A DNA stretch of 61,483 bases, the filler included. It is 7 parts of 7 records of this genome, joined end to end, with 100 filler letters (N's around TTAATTAATTAA, not from the genome) between each part and the next. Parts side by side here need not be neighbours in the genome. Positions count along the whole stretch, not along the records: positions 32,872 to 39,003 come from SRR31156797_16933; positions 39,104 to 61,483 come from SRR31156797_16951; 5 more parts are not named here. The stretch is one strand, 5' to 3'. A program made the position numbers and the translations under genes. Positions within the stretch are counted from its first letter, which is position 1. Every line of letters starts with the position of its first letter. Positions 32,872-43,713 of the stretch are shown one piece after another. The notes under the pieces were generated by a model that made no database searches, was not told where the DNA came from, and saw only the letters and a list, made by a program, of their open reading frames with translations.

Positions 32872-34922
32872 TCAGTTTTATAGCCGAATCCATGGAACAT
32901 ATCGAGGCGATCGAGGTCAATATTGTTGCTCTCGAACAGGATCCTGAAGACAATGACGCCATAAATTCCGTATTTCGTCCTTTCCACACCATAAAAGGCG
33001 TGTCTGGTTTCCTTAATTTAAAAGAAATCCACAGTTTAACTCATGACGTGGAAAACATTCTCGATGATGCGCGCAACGAAAGGCTCAAGGTCAGTTCCGC
33101 ATTGATCGATGTGGTTCTCGATGCCGTGGATATCCTTAAGCGAATGATTGACGACGTCAAAACCGGATTGGAAACAGGCGAATCGGTTGAAAAGGACTAC
33201 AATCTGCCGGCTTTTGTTGAAAGAATCAAGGCGATACAACAGGGCGTCCCGATTGAAGAGGAATATGTTGAATCATCTCCGTATAGCGGAAAAAAACTCG
33301 GGGAAATCCTTTTGGACCAGGGTTTGGTTTCGGAAGACGAACTTAACCGTTTGGTGGAAGCCCAGGAAAAGTCAAGACTTTTCAAGCTTGGTGAAATTCT
33401 GGTGGAACAGGGCTTGATAAGCAATGACGACCTGGAAGAAGCCCTGCAATTGCAGATGGAAGATTCAAGTAAGAAAATCGGCGAAATTCTGGTGGAAACC
33501 GGGAAAGCCCCGCCCCAGGAAGTATCCAGGGCCATAGAGGACCAGGAGAAAAAACGGGAACAAAAGATCGGCGAATTGCTAATCAAGGAAAAGCAGGCCG
33601 GGGCCAGGGAAGTGGCCGGTGCGCTTAGGGAACAGAAAAAAGCTCCGTCCGGACCGGCCGGACAGCCGTCCGCGCACACCGTTAAAGTTGACACCACCAA
33701 GCTTGACGGATTGGTCGACCTTGTGGGCGAATTGGTTATCGCTCAATCCCTGGTGTCGTCCAATGAACGCATAGCCGGTTTAAAGGACCAGAAAGTTCTC
33801 CGAGACCTCAGCCATATGTCGCGGATTACATCCGAACTTCAACGCACGGCCATGTCCATGAGAATGGTTCAGATCCGCCAGACATTTCAAAAAATGATTC
33901 GCCTGGTCAGAGACCTGTCGCGGAAATCGGGCAAGGTGGTTGAACTGGAAATGTTCGGCGAAGACACGGAAATAGACAGGAATATGGTCGAAGCCATTTA
34001 CGACCCCCTGGTTCACATGGTTCGCAATTCCGTGGACCACGGCGTTGAAGAGCCGGAAACAAGGCAGGCGACTGGCAAGCCGCCTCAAGGCACGGTTAAC
34101 CTGAGGGCTTTTCACCAGGGCGGTAATGTGGTCATTCAAATAGAGGATGACGGACAGGGATTGAACAAGGATAGAATTTTCGCCAAGGCCGTGGAGCGGG
34201 GGTTGGTTGGTCCGGATGAGAAATTGTCCGATTCAGCCGTCTTCAACCTGATTTTTCAGGCCGGCTTTTCAACCGCGGAAAAAGTAACGGATGTCAGCGG
34301 CCGCGGCGTGGGCATGGATGTCGTAAAAAAGGCGATTGAAAAGCTGCGGGGTAAAATCGAGGTCGATTCACAGCTTGGACTGGGCAGCACCATAACCATC
34401 AGGCTTCCTTTAACCCTGGCCATCATTGACGGGATGATCGTCCGGGTCGGAGATAACCGTTACATCCTGCCGACCGTGGCTATTCATGAGTCTTTCCGGC
34501 CAAGCGCCGACGACTACCATACCGTCAAGGGCAGAGGCGAAATGATAAAGGTCAGGGAGAACCTGCTCCCTCTGGTCAGGCTGGACAGTATTTTAGGCGC
34601 TCATGGTTCCGTTAAAGACCCGACCGAAGCGTTGATCGTGGTAGTGGAAAATGAAGGGGAGCGCCGTTGCATTCTTGTGGATGAAGTTTTGGGTAAGCAG
34701 GAAGTCGTTATCAAGAGCCTGGGCGAAAGGCTCAAATATGTCCGGGCCCTGGCCGGCGGCAGCATATTGGGCGACGGCCGTGTCGGACTTATCCTTGACA
34801 TTGCGGGCGTTTTTGAAGTCAGCGACAGGTCGTTCGGCCAGGTCTTTGTTCCGGGAAGCGGCCCCGCCGCGGCGACCGGAGATTGGGAAATGGACGAAGA
34901 TTGGGGAATGGGAGCAACGTAG
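32872..34922 (+). CDS. cheA: Chemotaxis histidine kinase CheA (5' truncated) with MshEN-like repeats
   Basis: Hpt FRPFHTIKGVSGF, dimerisation VKVDTTKLDGLVDLVGELVI, DPLVHMVRNSVDHGVE, GFSTAEKVTDVSGRGVGMDVV, C-terminal CheW domain. Confidence 0.95.
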
Positions 34923-35078
34923 TCAATCGTGAAATCTTTTTCCCTGAGCAATTTTGTATACCCCAAGGGCATGAACTGCTTTGCAGAAAGGATTCACCCG
35001 CGGGGTGTATTTCTTTTATGGCCATAGCCGTTAAAACATGCCGGTTCGTCAAACCGGTCCGGTCTGTTGGAGTTCCAT

Positions 35079-35621
35079 ATGAGCGACCCTGAATTAAATA
35101 AGAACGAAAAAAGCGACGCTCAAGCCGGCCAGTCTGGAGCCGCTCAAGAAGTAAAAGTCGAACGAGGCGGTAAATACCTGACTTTTATATTGACTGATGA
35201 ATATTACGGACTGGATATTCTCGATGTAAGAGAGCTCATCGGGATGATGGATATAACCCATGTTCCTCAGACCCCGCCTTTTGTCAAAGGCCTGTTAAAC
35301 CTGAGGGGCGTTGTTTTGCCTGTCATAGACCTGAGGATCAAGTTCGGGTTGCCCGAGATGGAATACACGGACAGAACTTCAATAATAATTGTGGAAATAA
35401 ATACAGTCACCGGATCAATGCTGATGGGAATCATTGTGGATACGGTGGCCGAGGTTCTCAATATTCCCGGACAGAACGTGGAAGACGCCCCCAACTTTGG
35501 CGTCAGTTTAAAAACGGAATATATCAAGGGCATGGCAAAAGTCAGGGATAAAATCATTATTCTATTGAATATGAACATTATCCTGACCGATGAAGAGCTT
35601 GTAAGGATTGACGGCGACTAA
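35079..35621 (+). CDS. cheW: Chemotaxis adaptor CheW
   Basis: KYLTFIL, ITHVPQTPPFVKGLLNLRGVVLPVIDLR, GIIVDTVAEV. Start placed at ATG 35079. Confidence 0.95.
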   Translation: MSDPELNKNEKSDAQAGQSGAAQEVKVERGGKYLTFILTDEYYGLDILDVRELIGMMDITHVPQTPPFVKGLLNLRGVVLPVIDLRIKFGLPEMEYTDRTSIIIVEINTVTGSMLMGIIVDTVAEVLNIPGQNVEDAPNFGVSLKTEYIKGMAKVRDKIIILLNMNIILTDEELVRIDGD

Positions 35622-35625
35622 TCAG

Positions 35626-36462
35626 ATGGCTGGACAAAGTCTTATATTGACCGATGATGATTTTCATGCATTTTCGGAACTGGTTCACCAAAAAGCCGGT
35701 ATAAATCTGCATGAAGGTAAAAAGGAACTGGTTCGCGCGCGCCTGGCCCGTAGAATACGGGAGGGCTCATTCAATGGGTTCAGGGATTATTTTAATTTTA
35801 TTATTTCGGAAAAATCGGGAGACGAACTGGTTCAACTGCTTGATTCCATATCGACCAACCTGACCCATTTTTTTAGGGAGCCGAGGCATTTCAATTATAT
35901 GGCCCAGGATATTCTGCCCAGGTTATCTGAGTCTGGTAAAAAAAACGGCAAACAACTGCGTATCTGGAGCGCCGGTTGTTCCACGGGCGAAGAACCATAT
36001 TCAATAGCCATGGTGGTTATGGAAAACATGCCCGGCACGGCCGGCCGGGATATTAAGATCCTGGCTACAGACCTTTCGACAAAGGTCCTGGCGACAGCTT
36101 CCGGGGGAATGTATTACCAGGATTCGCTCAAGGATGTTTCGCAGTCGTTGCTTCGCAGGTATTTTCAAAAGGGTCGGGGAAAATGGGAAGGTTATTACCG
36201 GGTTAAACCTTCAATTAAGAAGACCATATATTTTAGAAGACTTAATCTTATTGAGCCTTTTCCATTCAGTAAACCGTTCGACCTTATATTTTGCCGTAAT
36301 GTAATGATTTATTTTAACAAGGAAACCCAGGCCGATTTGGTTGCGCGTTTCTATGACGCCCTTGCAAAAGACGGACATCTGTTCATAGGCCATTCCGAAA
36401 GCCTGACCGGAGTCAGCCATAATTTCAAATATATCCAGCCGACAATATATAGAAAAACATAA
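35626..36462 (+). CDS. cheR: Chemotaxis methyltransferase CheR
   Basis: STNLTHFFREPRHF, RIWSAGCSTGEEPYSIA, FDLIFCRNVMIYF, LFIGHSESL. Confidence 0.95.
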   Translation: MAGQSLILTDDDFHAFSELVHQKAGINLHEGKKELVRARLARRIREGSFNGFRDYFNFIISEKSGDELVQLLDSISTNLTHFFREPRHFNYMAQDILPRLSESGKKNGKQLRIWSAGCSTGEEPYSIAMVVMENMPGTAGRDIKILATDLSTKVLATASGGMYYQDSLKDVSQSLLRRYFQKGRGKWEGYYRVKPSIKKTIYFRRLNLIEPFPFSKPFDLIFCRNVMIYFNKETQADLVARFYDALAKDGHLFIGHSESLTGVSHNFKYIQPTIYRKT

Positions 36463-36556
36463 TTGATGAAATGAGAAGGACACAAATATACATGGTTATT
36501 TTTAGTGAAAGCGTTGATGCCAAAAATGCATGTATGAGGACTTTCTCCGGAGGTAA

Positions 36557-37585
<1,029 letters not shown>

Positions 37586-37613
37586 TAATCTATAATTGCG
37601 TGGAGTATGTTAA

Positions 37614-38447
37614 TTGGGCGGCGATACCAAAACATATGACCTGGATCGACTCAAGAATCTTGTGTTTGAACTTGGGAAGCATGTAATCCTGAAGGGGAAA
37701 ACCGTCACCGGGGGCGGGCGGCGGACCAAGGGATTATTATTCATTATCAAGGATTTCAGGGCCGCGGATGTCAAGGAACTTCTGGGCAGCGTGGACTTTT
37801 CCATTCCACTGACTTCCGACGCCTATGACATGCTGGCCGCATTTAAGCAAATAGAAATCGAAAACAAAGATCTCAGAGAGCTTGTAGTTACAGACAACCT
37901 GACCGGCCTTTACAATACCCGGTACTTCAGGGAGCGGCTGCAAGTGGAGCTGGAAAGGGTCAGCCGAACCGAGAAGCCGTGTTCATTGATAATGATTGAT
38001 CTCGACCATTTTAAACCGGTTAACGACACTTATGGGCACCAAACAGGAGATAAGCTGCTCAAAAGCGTGGCCGACATTATTCAGACCAATATTCGAGTCG
38101 TGGATGTGGCCGTCCGGTACGGAGGGGATGAAATGGCGGTCATTTTGCCCGACACGGGAACAATGGCGGCGTTCAGAATGGCGGAACGTATACGCAATGA
38201 GTTAATAAATGACCGGAGGACCGCCCAATTCGGAGTCACCGGATCGTTTGGCATTGCCACCTGCCAGCCTTACGATCGGGAAGATGTGACCGGCTTGGTT
38301 GAGCGGGCGGACCAGGCTTTGTACAAGTCAAAAGGGGAAGGCGGGAACAGGGCCTGGTATTTTGAATCCGACTGGTTGAAGGAAAAAACCACTGAAGTAA
38401 CGGTCTCCGAACGGGACGACCTGTTTCTGCCTGTTGAAGACGACTGA
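37614..38447 (+). CDS. Diguanylate cyclase (GGDEF domain)
   Basis: TDNLTGLYN, MIDLDHFKPVNDTYGHQTGD, RVVD I-site, RYGGDEM A-site, ADQALYKSK..GGNR. Confidence 0.9.
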   Translation: MGGDTKTYDLDRLKNLVFELGKHVILKGKTVTGGGRRTKGLLFIIKDFRAADVKELLGSVDFSIPLTSDAYDMLAAFKQIEIENKDLRELVVTDNLTGLYNTRYFRERLQVELERVSRTEKPCSLIMIDLDHFKPVNDTYGHQTGDKLLKSVADIIQTNIRVVDVAVRYGGDEMAVILPDTGTMAAFRMAERIRNELINDRRTAQFGVTGSFGIATCQPYDREDVTGLVERADQALYKSKGEGGNRAWYFESDWLKEKTTEVTVSERDDLFLPVEDD

Positions 38448-38536
38448 CACGCCTCTTTTTAACGTTTTGAATCAATAAAAAATCTGTATAATCGGATTGT
38501 CGTTATGTAGACGCATGGACGCGGAAGGAGAAAAAA

Positions 38537-38956
38537 ATGGGTTTGCTGTCAAGAATTTTAGGAATTTCACGCACCAAGCCGCCCGCCGACCTCCAGTGCT
38601 GGAGTTATGCTGATGGTAAAGTAGAAATCGATTTAAGCCGGGCGACCGAATTGGCCGATACAGGCGGCGCGGTCCGTCTGGAAGGAGGCGGACTGCCCAT
38701 GCGAGTTCTGGTGATCAAGGATGATCAGGGGGAATACAGGGCTTATCACAATAAATGCACGCACATGGGAAGAAGAATCGACGTTCTGCCCGGTCAGTTG
38801 CAACTTGAATGCTGCAGCGTTAATAAATCAAAATTCGATGTGGAAGGCAAGCAGGTGTCGGGGCCGACCAAGGGCCCGCTAAAGTCTTTCCCAACAGCCC
38901 TCCAGGACGGGCGACTGATTGTCGATCTTTCTATTGGCGGACAGATTACCAGGTAG
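38537..38956 (+). CDS. Rieske-like ferredoxin with atypical second ligand motif
   Basis: NKCTHMG then ECCSVNKSKFD..G..VSGP...PLKSF. Confidence 0.75.
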   Translation: MGLLSRILGISRTKPPADLQCWSYADGKVEIDLSRATELADTGGAVRLEGGGLPMRVLVIKDDQGEYRAYHNKCTHMGRRIDVLPGQLQLECCSVNKSKFDVEGKQVSGPTKGPLKSFPTALQDGRLIVDLSIGGQITR

Positions 38957-38970
38957 GCTGAGAAAGAATA

Positions 38971-39003
38971 TTTACCACAGAGACACAGAGAGCACAGAGA
39001 AGA
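38971..39003 (+). repeat. Short CACAGAGA-unit repeat at contig end
   Basis: TTTACCACAGAGACACAGAGAGCACAGAGAAGA has three CACAGAGA units. Confidence 0.55.
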
Positions 39004-39103
39004 NNNNNNNNNNNNNNNNNNNNNNNNNNNNNNNNNNNNNNNNNNNNTTAATTAATTAANNNNNNNNNNNNNNNNNNNNNNNNNNNNNNNNNNNNNNNNN
39101 NNN
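39004..39103. other. Artificial contig spacer; junction between deltaproteobacterial and Vibrionaceae-like DNA
   Basis: N-run/TTAATTAATTAA/N-run; gene content differs on the two sides. Confidence 0.97.
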
Positions 39104-39133
39104 TCGCAGGTTCGAGTCCCGCAGGGGGAGCCA
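39104..39133 (+). tRNA. tRNA 3' end, probably tRNA-Asn (5' truncated)
   Basis: TCGCAGGTTCGAGTCCCGCAGGGGGAGCCA has a T-arm and a GGAG-CCA end typical of tRNA-Asn. Anticodon not visible. Confidence 0.75.
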
Positions 39134-39141
39134 AATTCCAG

Positions 39142-39170
39142 AAAAAAGACGTCCTAGGACGTCTTTTTTT
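39142..39170. terminator. Bidirectional intrinsic terminator
   Basis: AAAAAAGACGTC-CTAG-GACGTCTTTTTTT between the tRNA and the convergent OmpA gene. Confidence 0.85.
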
Positions 39171-39211
39171 GTATCTGAAGCCCCAACGCAGAGGTTGGTA
39201 ATGCTTAGGTA

Positions 39212-40135
39212 CTACAGCGGCGTTACAGGGCCTTGTGCTTGTTCAACAGTCCCCTCTTTAAACACCACAAATACCCTGCGATTTTCTGCATTGGCGGCGA
39301 CTGTGCGTTCATGTACTAACGGTACATCTTCACCAAACGATTTTACTTCCCAAACAAACGAGCTGATATCAGACACTTTCGTTTCTAAGTAGTCTTGAAC
39401 CGCTTGTGCTCTTCTCAAAGCAAGTTTTTGGTTGTAGCTGACCGCTCCCTGATAATCGGTATGACCCGCAATCATAATGTGACCTTGCAAACCATCAAGC
39501 TTGGCCGCGATTCTATCAAGTTCGGCGATGTCTTCTGGTTTCAGCATTGCATCATCAAAGTCAAAATGCGAGGTTAACGCTACGTATATTTTTCGGTCTG
39601 GCTCAGGAGGTGTACACGGCTGAAGATCAGATTGGATGGTTTGTTCAAACATAACGTAAGCGCGGCGGTTTGCAGCATTCGCCGCTAACGTCTTCTCTTT
39701 CAACAAAGGCATGGTCTCACCATAGTGAGAAACCTCCCAATCGTAATTTTCGCTAGAGAGCTGCTCGGATAAGTAGGCTTTAACCGAAATGGCCCGGCGT
39801 TGAGAAAGTTGCTGATTATAGGCATGCGAGCCTTGATAATCGGTATGAGCAACGATGGAAATACGCCCTTTTAACTTTCTGACATCACGTATGAACTGAT
39901 TTAATGCGGTTTGATCTTCGGTTTTTACTTCATGTTTATCAAACTCAAAGTGTTCTGCCACCGCCAGTTTGATTTCTCGCTGCGGCAGCATGCATTCCGC
40001 GATTAAAAACTTACTGACGCGCTCGTCAAACTTATCCATGTTTTCCTGACTCACATAGGTATCCGTACTGCAAGCCAGCAGAGAAAGCATTGTCGTTGAA
40101 ACCAATAAAAGGTGTTTAATGTTCATTTCTGTCAC
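39212..40135 (-). CDS. Lipoprotein with two OmpA-like peptidoglycan-binding domains
   Basis: Lipobox LSLLAC; two HF(E/D)FD...(A/G)HTDYQG...YNQxL.xRRA..V..YL...GE..PL...NAxNRR units. True start may be ATG 40126. Confidence 0.9.
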   Translation of the reverse strand: MTEMNIKHLLLVSTTMLSLLACSTDTYVSQENMDKFDERVSKFLIAECMLPQREIKLAVAEHFEFDKHEVKTEDQTALNQFIRDVRKLKGRISIVAHTDYQGSHAYNQQLSQRRAISVKAYLSEQLSSENYDWEVSHYGETMPLLKEKTLAANAANRRAYVMFEQTIQSDLQPCTPPEPDRKIYVALTSHFDFDDAMLKPEDIAELDRIAAKLDGLQGHIMIAGHTDYQGAVSYNQKLALRRAQAVQDYLETKVSDISSFVWEVKSFGEDVPLVHERTVAANAENRRVFVVFKEGTVEQAQGPVTPL

Positions 40136-40137
40136 GT

Positions 40138-43100
40138 CTAGATTTTGCCAATTACGTTGATAAACCAGCCACTTGCGTCATAGTCATCGTCATTAGTCAG
40201 ATTGTCATCAAAGCGCGTGAAGTTATAACCAACCCCAACTTTGAAGTTGTCACTGATGTACTTGTTAAACGATATCAAAGCGCCATCCTCCACTTCATCG
40301 TACTGTGTATCCACTTTCCAATGGTACTGCCCCGTTACATCCCATCCTTTCATAATTTGGTAAGACGCACTGATGGCCGTGAGATAGATTTCACTGTCAA
40401 CATCGAGATTGTCGCCCGAGGCACGTTCAAAACTTTGCGACTTATTTTTATATGCGAACTTAGCACCAAACTCCCAATGGGCATCCCACTGGTAAAGCGC
40501 TTCAGCTTCGACAATATGGCTCACTTCATCATTGTAGCTAACATCTCGATTTAAATTATCAAAATCAACCAGATAGGTATAACGAGACAGCAGGTTCAAA
40601 TTATCATTGTAGATTGGGCGATAAGCCAAACCGATACTCGACTCCACAAAGCGCTCAAGTAACTCACCTTTGGTTTCGTTTTCCGCACGTGAGTAGTTGA
40701 ATTTGGCAAACAGTGTGTATTCATCGGTTAAATGATGGGTGTAGCTGTTGGTCGTTACCCACTGAGTGGTTTCTTCGTCTGTCTGCTCGGCTTCATCCAC
40801 TCGGTATTCGAGCTTGTGTTTAAGCAGCACATCATCCAAATCAAAGTGAGCGTTAAAACTCACCGCTTGGCGATTCACAATACCAGTGATCACGTTATCC
40901 GGATCATCGTTGTACTCAATTTCACCTTGTTGGTAAGCAATACCAACGTCAATGTCATCGGTAATTTCATTGTCAAAGCCGAAAGAGTCTACTCGACCTT
41001 TACCATTGTTCTCTTCAACGAACTGGTTTTCTTGATAAAAATCTAACGTCTGAGTTAAAGCGGCTCTCTGGCCAACAATCACATTATTTTGGTCTTCATA
41101 TTGGTCGTCAACGTAAGTGACATAAGTGGAATAATCACGGTTAACGTCGTAGTTAATGCTCGCCTCAGTGGATTTACCTCTATCGCCGGTCGTATAGGCG
41201 GTTCCTAGCGTAATATCGTCAATGACACGAGCTTCTGCACCAACCGTAACGCTATCGTTATCGTCATAACTTTCTGTTGCATCTACCGTTTTTTGACCTT
41301 TAACGTAGATGCTGTTTTCACTGTCCCAAAAGTATTCCGCTTTTGTCCCAACCAACGAGCCTGTACCGGACTGTTGCTGGCGGTTCAGCTCTTTAGCCTG
41401 CTTACCTGCAACAGACAGTTTGACGTGTTCGGTAACCAAAAACTGAGCTTCGATTTCAGCTTGCTCACTGTCGGTTTGTAACGTGCCATCCACCTCTTTT
41501 TCTTCGATTGAAGTAAATCGTGTGGCAAGTTGAATCGAATCATTAAACTGCAAACGCAGCTCAGTACCGTAAGACTCTTGCTCTAAATCATCACTCTGAC
41601 TGGCGTAGGAGTAGTCTGCATCTTTCGATTTATACCAAGCTTTAACATCATTACCCACCGCGCCAAAAAGGTTTGGGGCCAAATCATATAAGCTGGCCAC
41701 ACCGATAACTTGTAAGTTATTACCTTCACGATTGCCTTCGTTGGCTGAGGCAATCGGCTTAAACGTCAAACCACCATCCAACGAGATGAAATTGCTGTCG
41801 GTTTGTGTCCCTTCTGTGTGGCCAAACTCGGTTTTAAAGTAAGTGCCTTCTGTGGCTCTTAAGGTCAGATCCGCGGAATAGAGTTCATAATTTTGCGCCT
41901 CTTTTTCTTCAGACGCATAGGTTGCCCCAAGCCCGATGTAATCATTGACCCACCCCTTGATACGGCTACCAAACACAATCGCGGATTTCGCATCACTGCT
42001 GCGCGGAACATACTCATAGTCCACCGCCAGATAGTTTTCATAACCACCACGAGGAGAGTCGTTGAGTACGCTGCCAAAACCACTGGACACAATATCCGAC
42101 AAAGGTTTAGTTAAAATAATTCGACCTTGGTAATCGTCGATTTCATAATCTACGCCTTCAGTCAGGAAGATTTCTTTTTCAACAATACCGCTGTCTTTAT
42201 TAGTCACTTTGACCGACACTTTGTCGCTGCCCGGAATCACTTCTCCATGCTGTAAGAAATAGAGCGAGCCTCCGGTCCCCAAGAACTCATCATGCGCAAA
42301 AAGCGACTCACTCTGTGATGCGAAACCAACAACGTTCAGTCTGTCTTCACCATACTGAGTTGTCGCGCGAGTGCGATAGTCGCCTTTAAATCCATACAGG
42401 CTGCGGTTGTAATCGCTATTATCCGTGCCGGTAATCCCGGTATTAAAGTTGCCCCACAAATATTGAGATTTGTCGTATTGCACATCCAGATAGACTTTGC
42501 CTTGGGTATTGACCAGTTTTTGGATATTAGAGCCATCACCGTAATTGCCGTACATCATCTCATCGTCACCATCGACGATATCAAATACGGTAGAGCTGTC
42601 ATCAGCAGCGAATGGATGCTTGAACATGTCTTTAATTGCATGCTCCTGAGTATCTACATGAGCGACGACTTTGAGTTTGTCGCCAAACTTGCCTTGTCCA
42701 AAGTAAGCTAACCGCCCCTGACTGTAGATATCTTTCTCATACTGATCATTAACTGCAAGCGCCCCCGTACTGCCACTGACTCGGTTAGCCCCAAAATAAA
42801 AATCCGCTAAGCCCGCTTGAGCGTAATAGGTATCTGGAATTCGGGCATAAAGTGAGAATCGACGCTCTTCACCAGAGTCATACACAACCGTTGTTGGGAA
42901 GTGATAAGCATCCGTTGGCAGAAACAACTCCGCATACAATTCACCTTCCGTCACGTTGAACTCATCTTCACCAATAATGACCTTATCAACGCCGTCGAGA
43001 TCGGTACCGATGAACTTAGCTAACCCTGCCGAAGTGGGAATGTTGTGACGAACTAGGCTTGCTTTACCGTAGTTTCGTTCCTGCTCTTCTTGCCCTTGGT

Positions 43101-43713
43101 TTTTGTCAATGGACACTTCTTTGTCAGGGCGGACCAAATCAACCACGCCCACCGAAGTTACGTCCATATTATTGGACGCGTCCCACGCTTTTAACCTGAA
43201 CAGGAGTTGCTGTCCCAACTTGAAATAGTGATGAATCTCGGTCGAACCATCCCATTCGATACTGGAACTATTTGCCAGAGCGTCACCACGCAAAACCGAT
43301 AAGGGCTGAGAGAGGTGTCTGTCATCACCACGATAAACTTCTAACTGCCAAGATTTAACGTAGTAGCCATAGTTGGTGTCCACCGAAAAATTGATTGGGC
43401 TAACCAGTTTACCCTCTTTGATTTCCGCTTCATCACTGACACTCACAGCAAGAACCGGGTTGAACTTGGTAATGTCTCGACTCACCCAGATAGCACCATG
43501 CTCAAGATAGATTCGAGAACTGTCTACCTGACGTTTAACCTCTACGTCGCGTCCCATACTACTTGAGCTGATTGGCACTAACTCTTCTATTTCTCTCGCC
43601 TCAGTAACACATGGCAAGCTGGCCAAAATACAGAGCATCAAGTGATTTTTTTTAAACAAAAACTGGCTTTTTTTGTCGTTACTATGCGGTTGATGCTTAT
43701 TCATTATCGTCAC
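40138..43713 (-). CDS. Large putative outer-membrane beta-barrel protein with N-terminal periplasmic domains
   Basis: Signal peptide (LMLCILASLPCVTEA). The C-terminal roughly 600 aa show alternating amphipathic, aromatic-rich strands ending VGVGYNFTRFDD...GWFINVIGKI. Overlaps the upstream gene stop. Confidence 0.7.
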   Translation of the reverse strand: MTIMNKHQPHSNDKKSQFLFKKNHLMLCILASLPCVTEAREIEELVPISSSSMGRDVEVKRQVDSSRIYLEHGAIWVSRDITKFNPVLAVSVSDEAEIKEGKLVSPINFSVDTNYGYYVKSWQLEVYRGDDRHLSQPLSVLRGDALANSSSIEWDGSTEIHHYFKLGQQLLFRLKAWDASNNMDVTSVGVVDLVRPDKEVSIDKNQGQEEQERNYGKASLVRHNIPTSAGLAKFIGTDLDGVDKVIIGEDEFNVTEGELYAELFLPTDAYHFPTTVVYDSGEERRFSLYARIPDTYYAQAGLADFYFGANRVSGSTGALAVNDQYEKDIYSQGRLAYFGQGKFGDKLKVVAHVDTQEHAIKDMFKHPFAADDSSTVFDIVDGDDEMMYGNYGDGSNIQKLVNTQGKVYLDVQYDKSQYLWGNFNTGITGTDNSDYNRSLYGFKGDYRTRATTQYGEDRLNVVGFASQSESLFAHDEFLGTGGSLYFLQHGEVIPGSDKVSVKVTNKDSGIVEKEIFLTEGVDYEIDDYQGRIILTKPLSDIVSSGFGSVLNDSPRGGYENYLAVDYEYVPRSSDAKSAIVFGSRIKGWVNDYIGLGATYASEEKEAQNYELYSADLTLRATEGTYFKTEFGHTEGTQTDSNFISLDGGLTFKPIASANEGNREGNNLQVIGVASLYDLAPNLFGAVGNDVKAWYKSKDADYSYASQSDDLEQESYGTELRLQFNDSIQLATRFTSIEEKEVDGTLQTDSEQAEIEAQFLVTEHVKLSVAGKQAKELNRQQQSGTGSLVGTKAEYFWDSENSIYVKGQKTVDATESYDDNDSVTVGAEARVIDDITLGTAYTTGDRGKSTEASINYDVNRDYSTYVTYVDDQYEDQNNVIVGQRAALTQTLDFYQENQFVEENNGKGRVDSFGFDNEITDDIDVGIAYQQGEIEYNDDPDNVITGIVNRQAVSFNAHFDLDDVLLKHKLEYRVDEAEQTDEETTQWVTTNSYTHHLTDEYTLFAKFNYSRAENETKGELLERFVESSIGLAYRPIYNDNLNLLSRYTYLVDFDNLNRDVSYNDEVSHIVEAEALYQWDAHWEFGAKFAYKNKSQSFERASGDNLDVDSEIYLTAISASYQIMKGWDVTGQYHWKVDTQYDEVEDGALISFNKYISDNFKVGVGYNFTRFDDNLTNDDDYDASGWFINVIGKI

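Noticed and set aside
38118-38140. GGDEM as a degenerate, inactive cyclase
   Set aside because: The catalytic GGDE, DxDxFK and NDxxGHxxGD motifs are intact, so it is likely still active.
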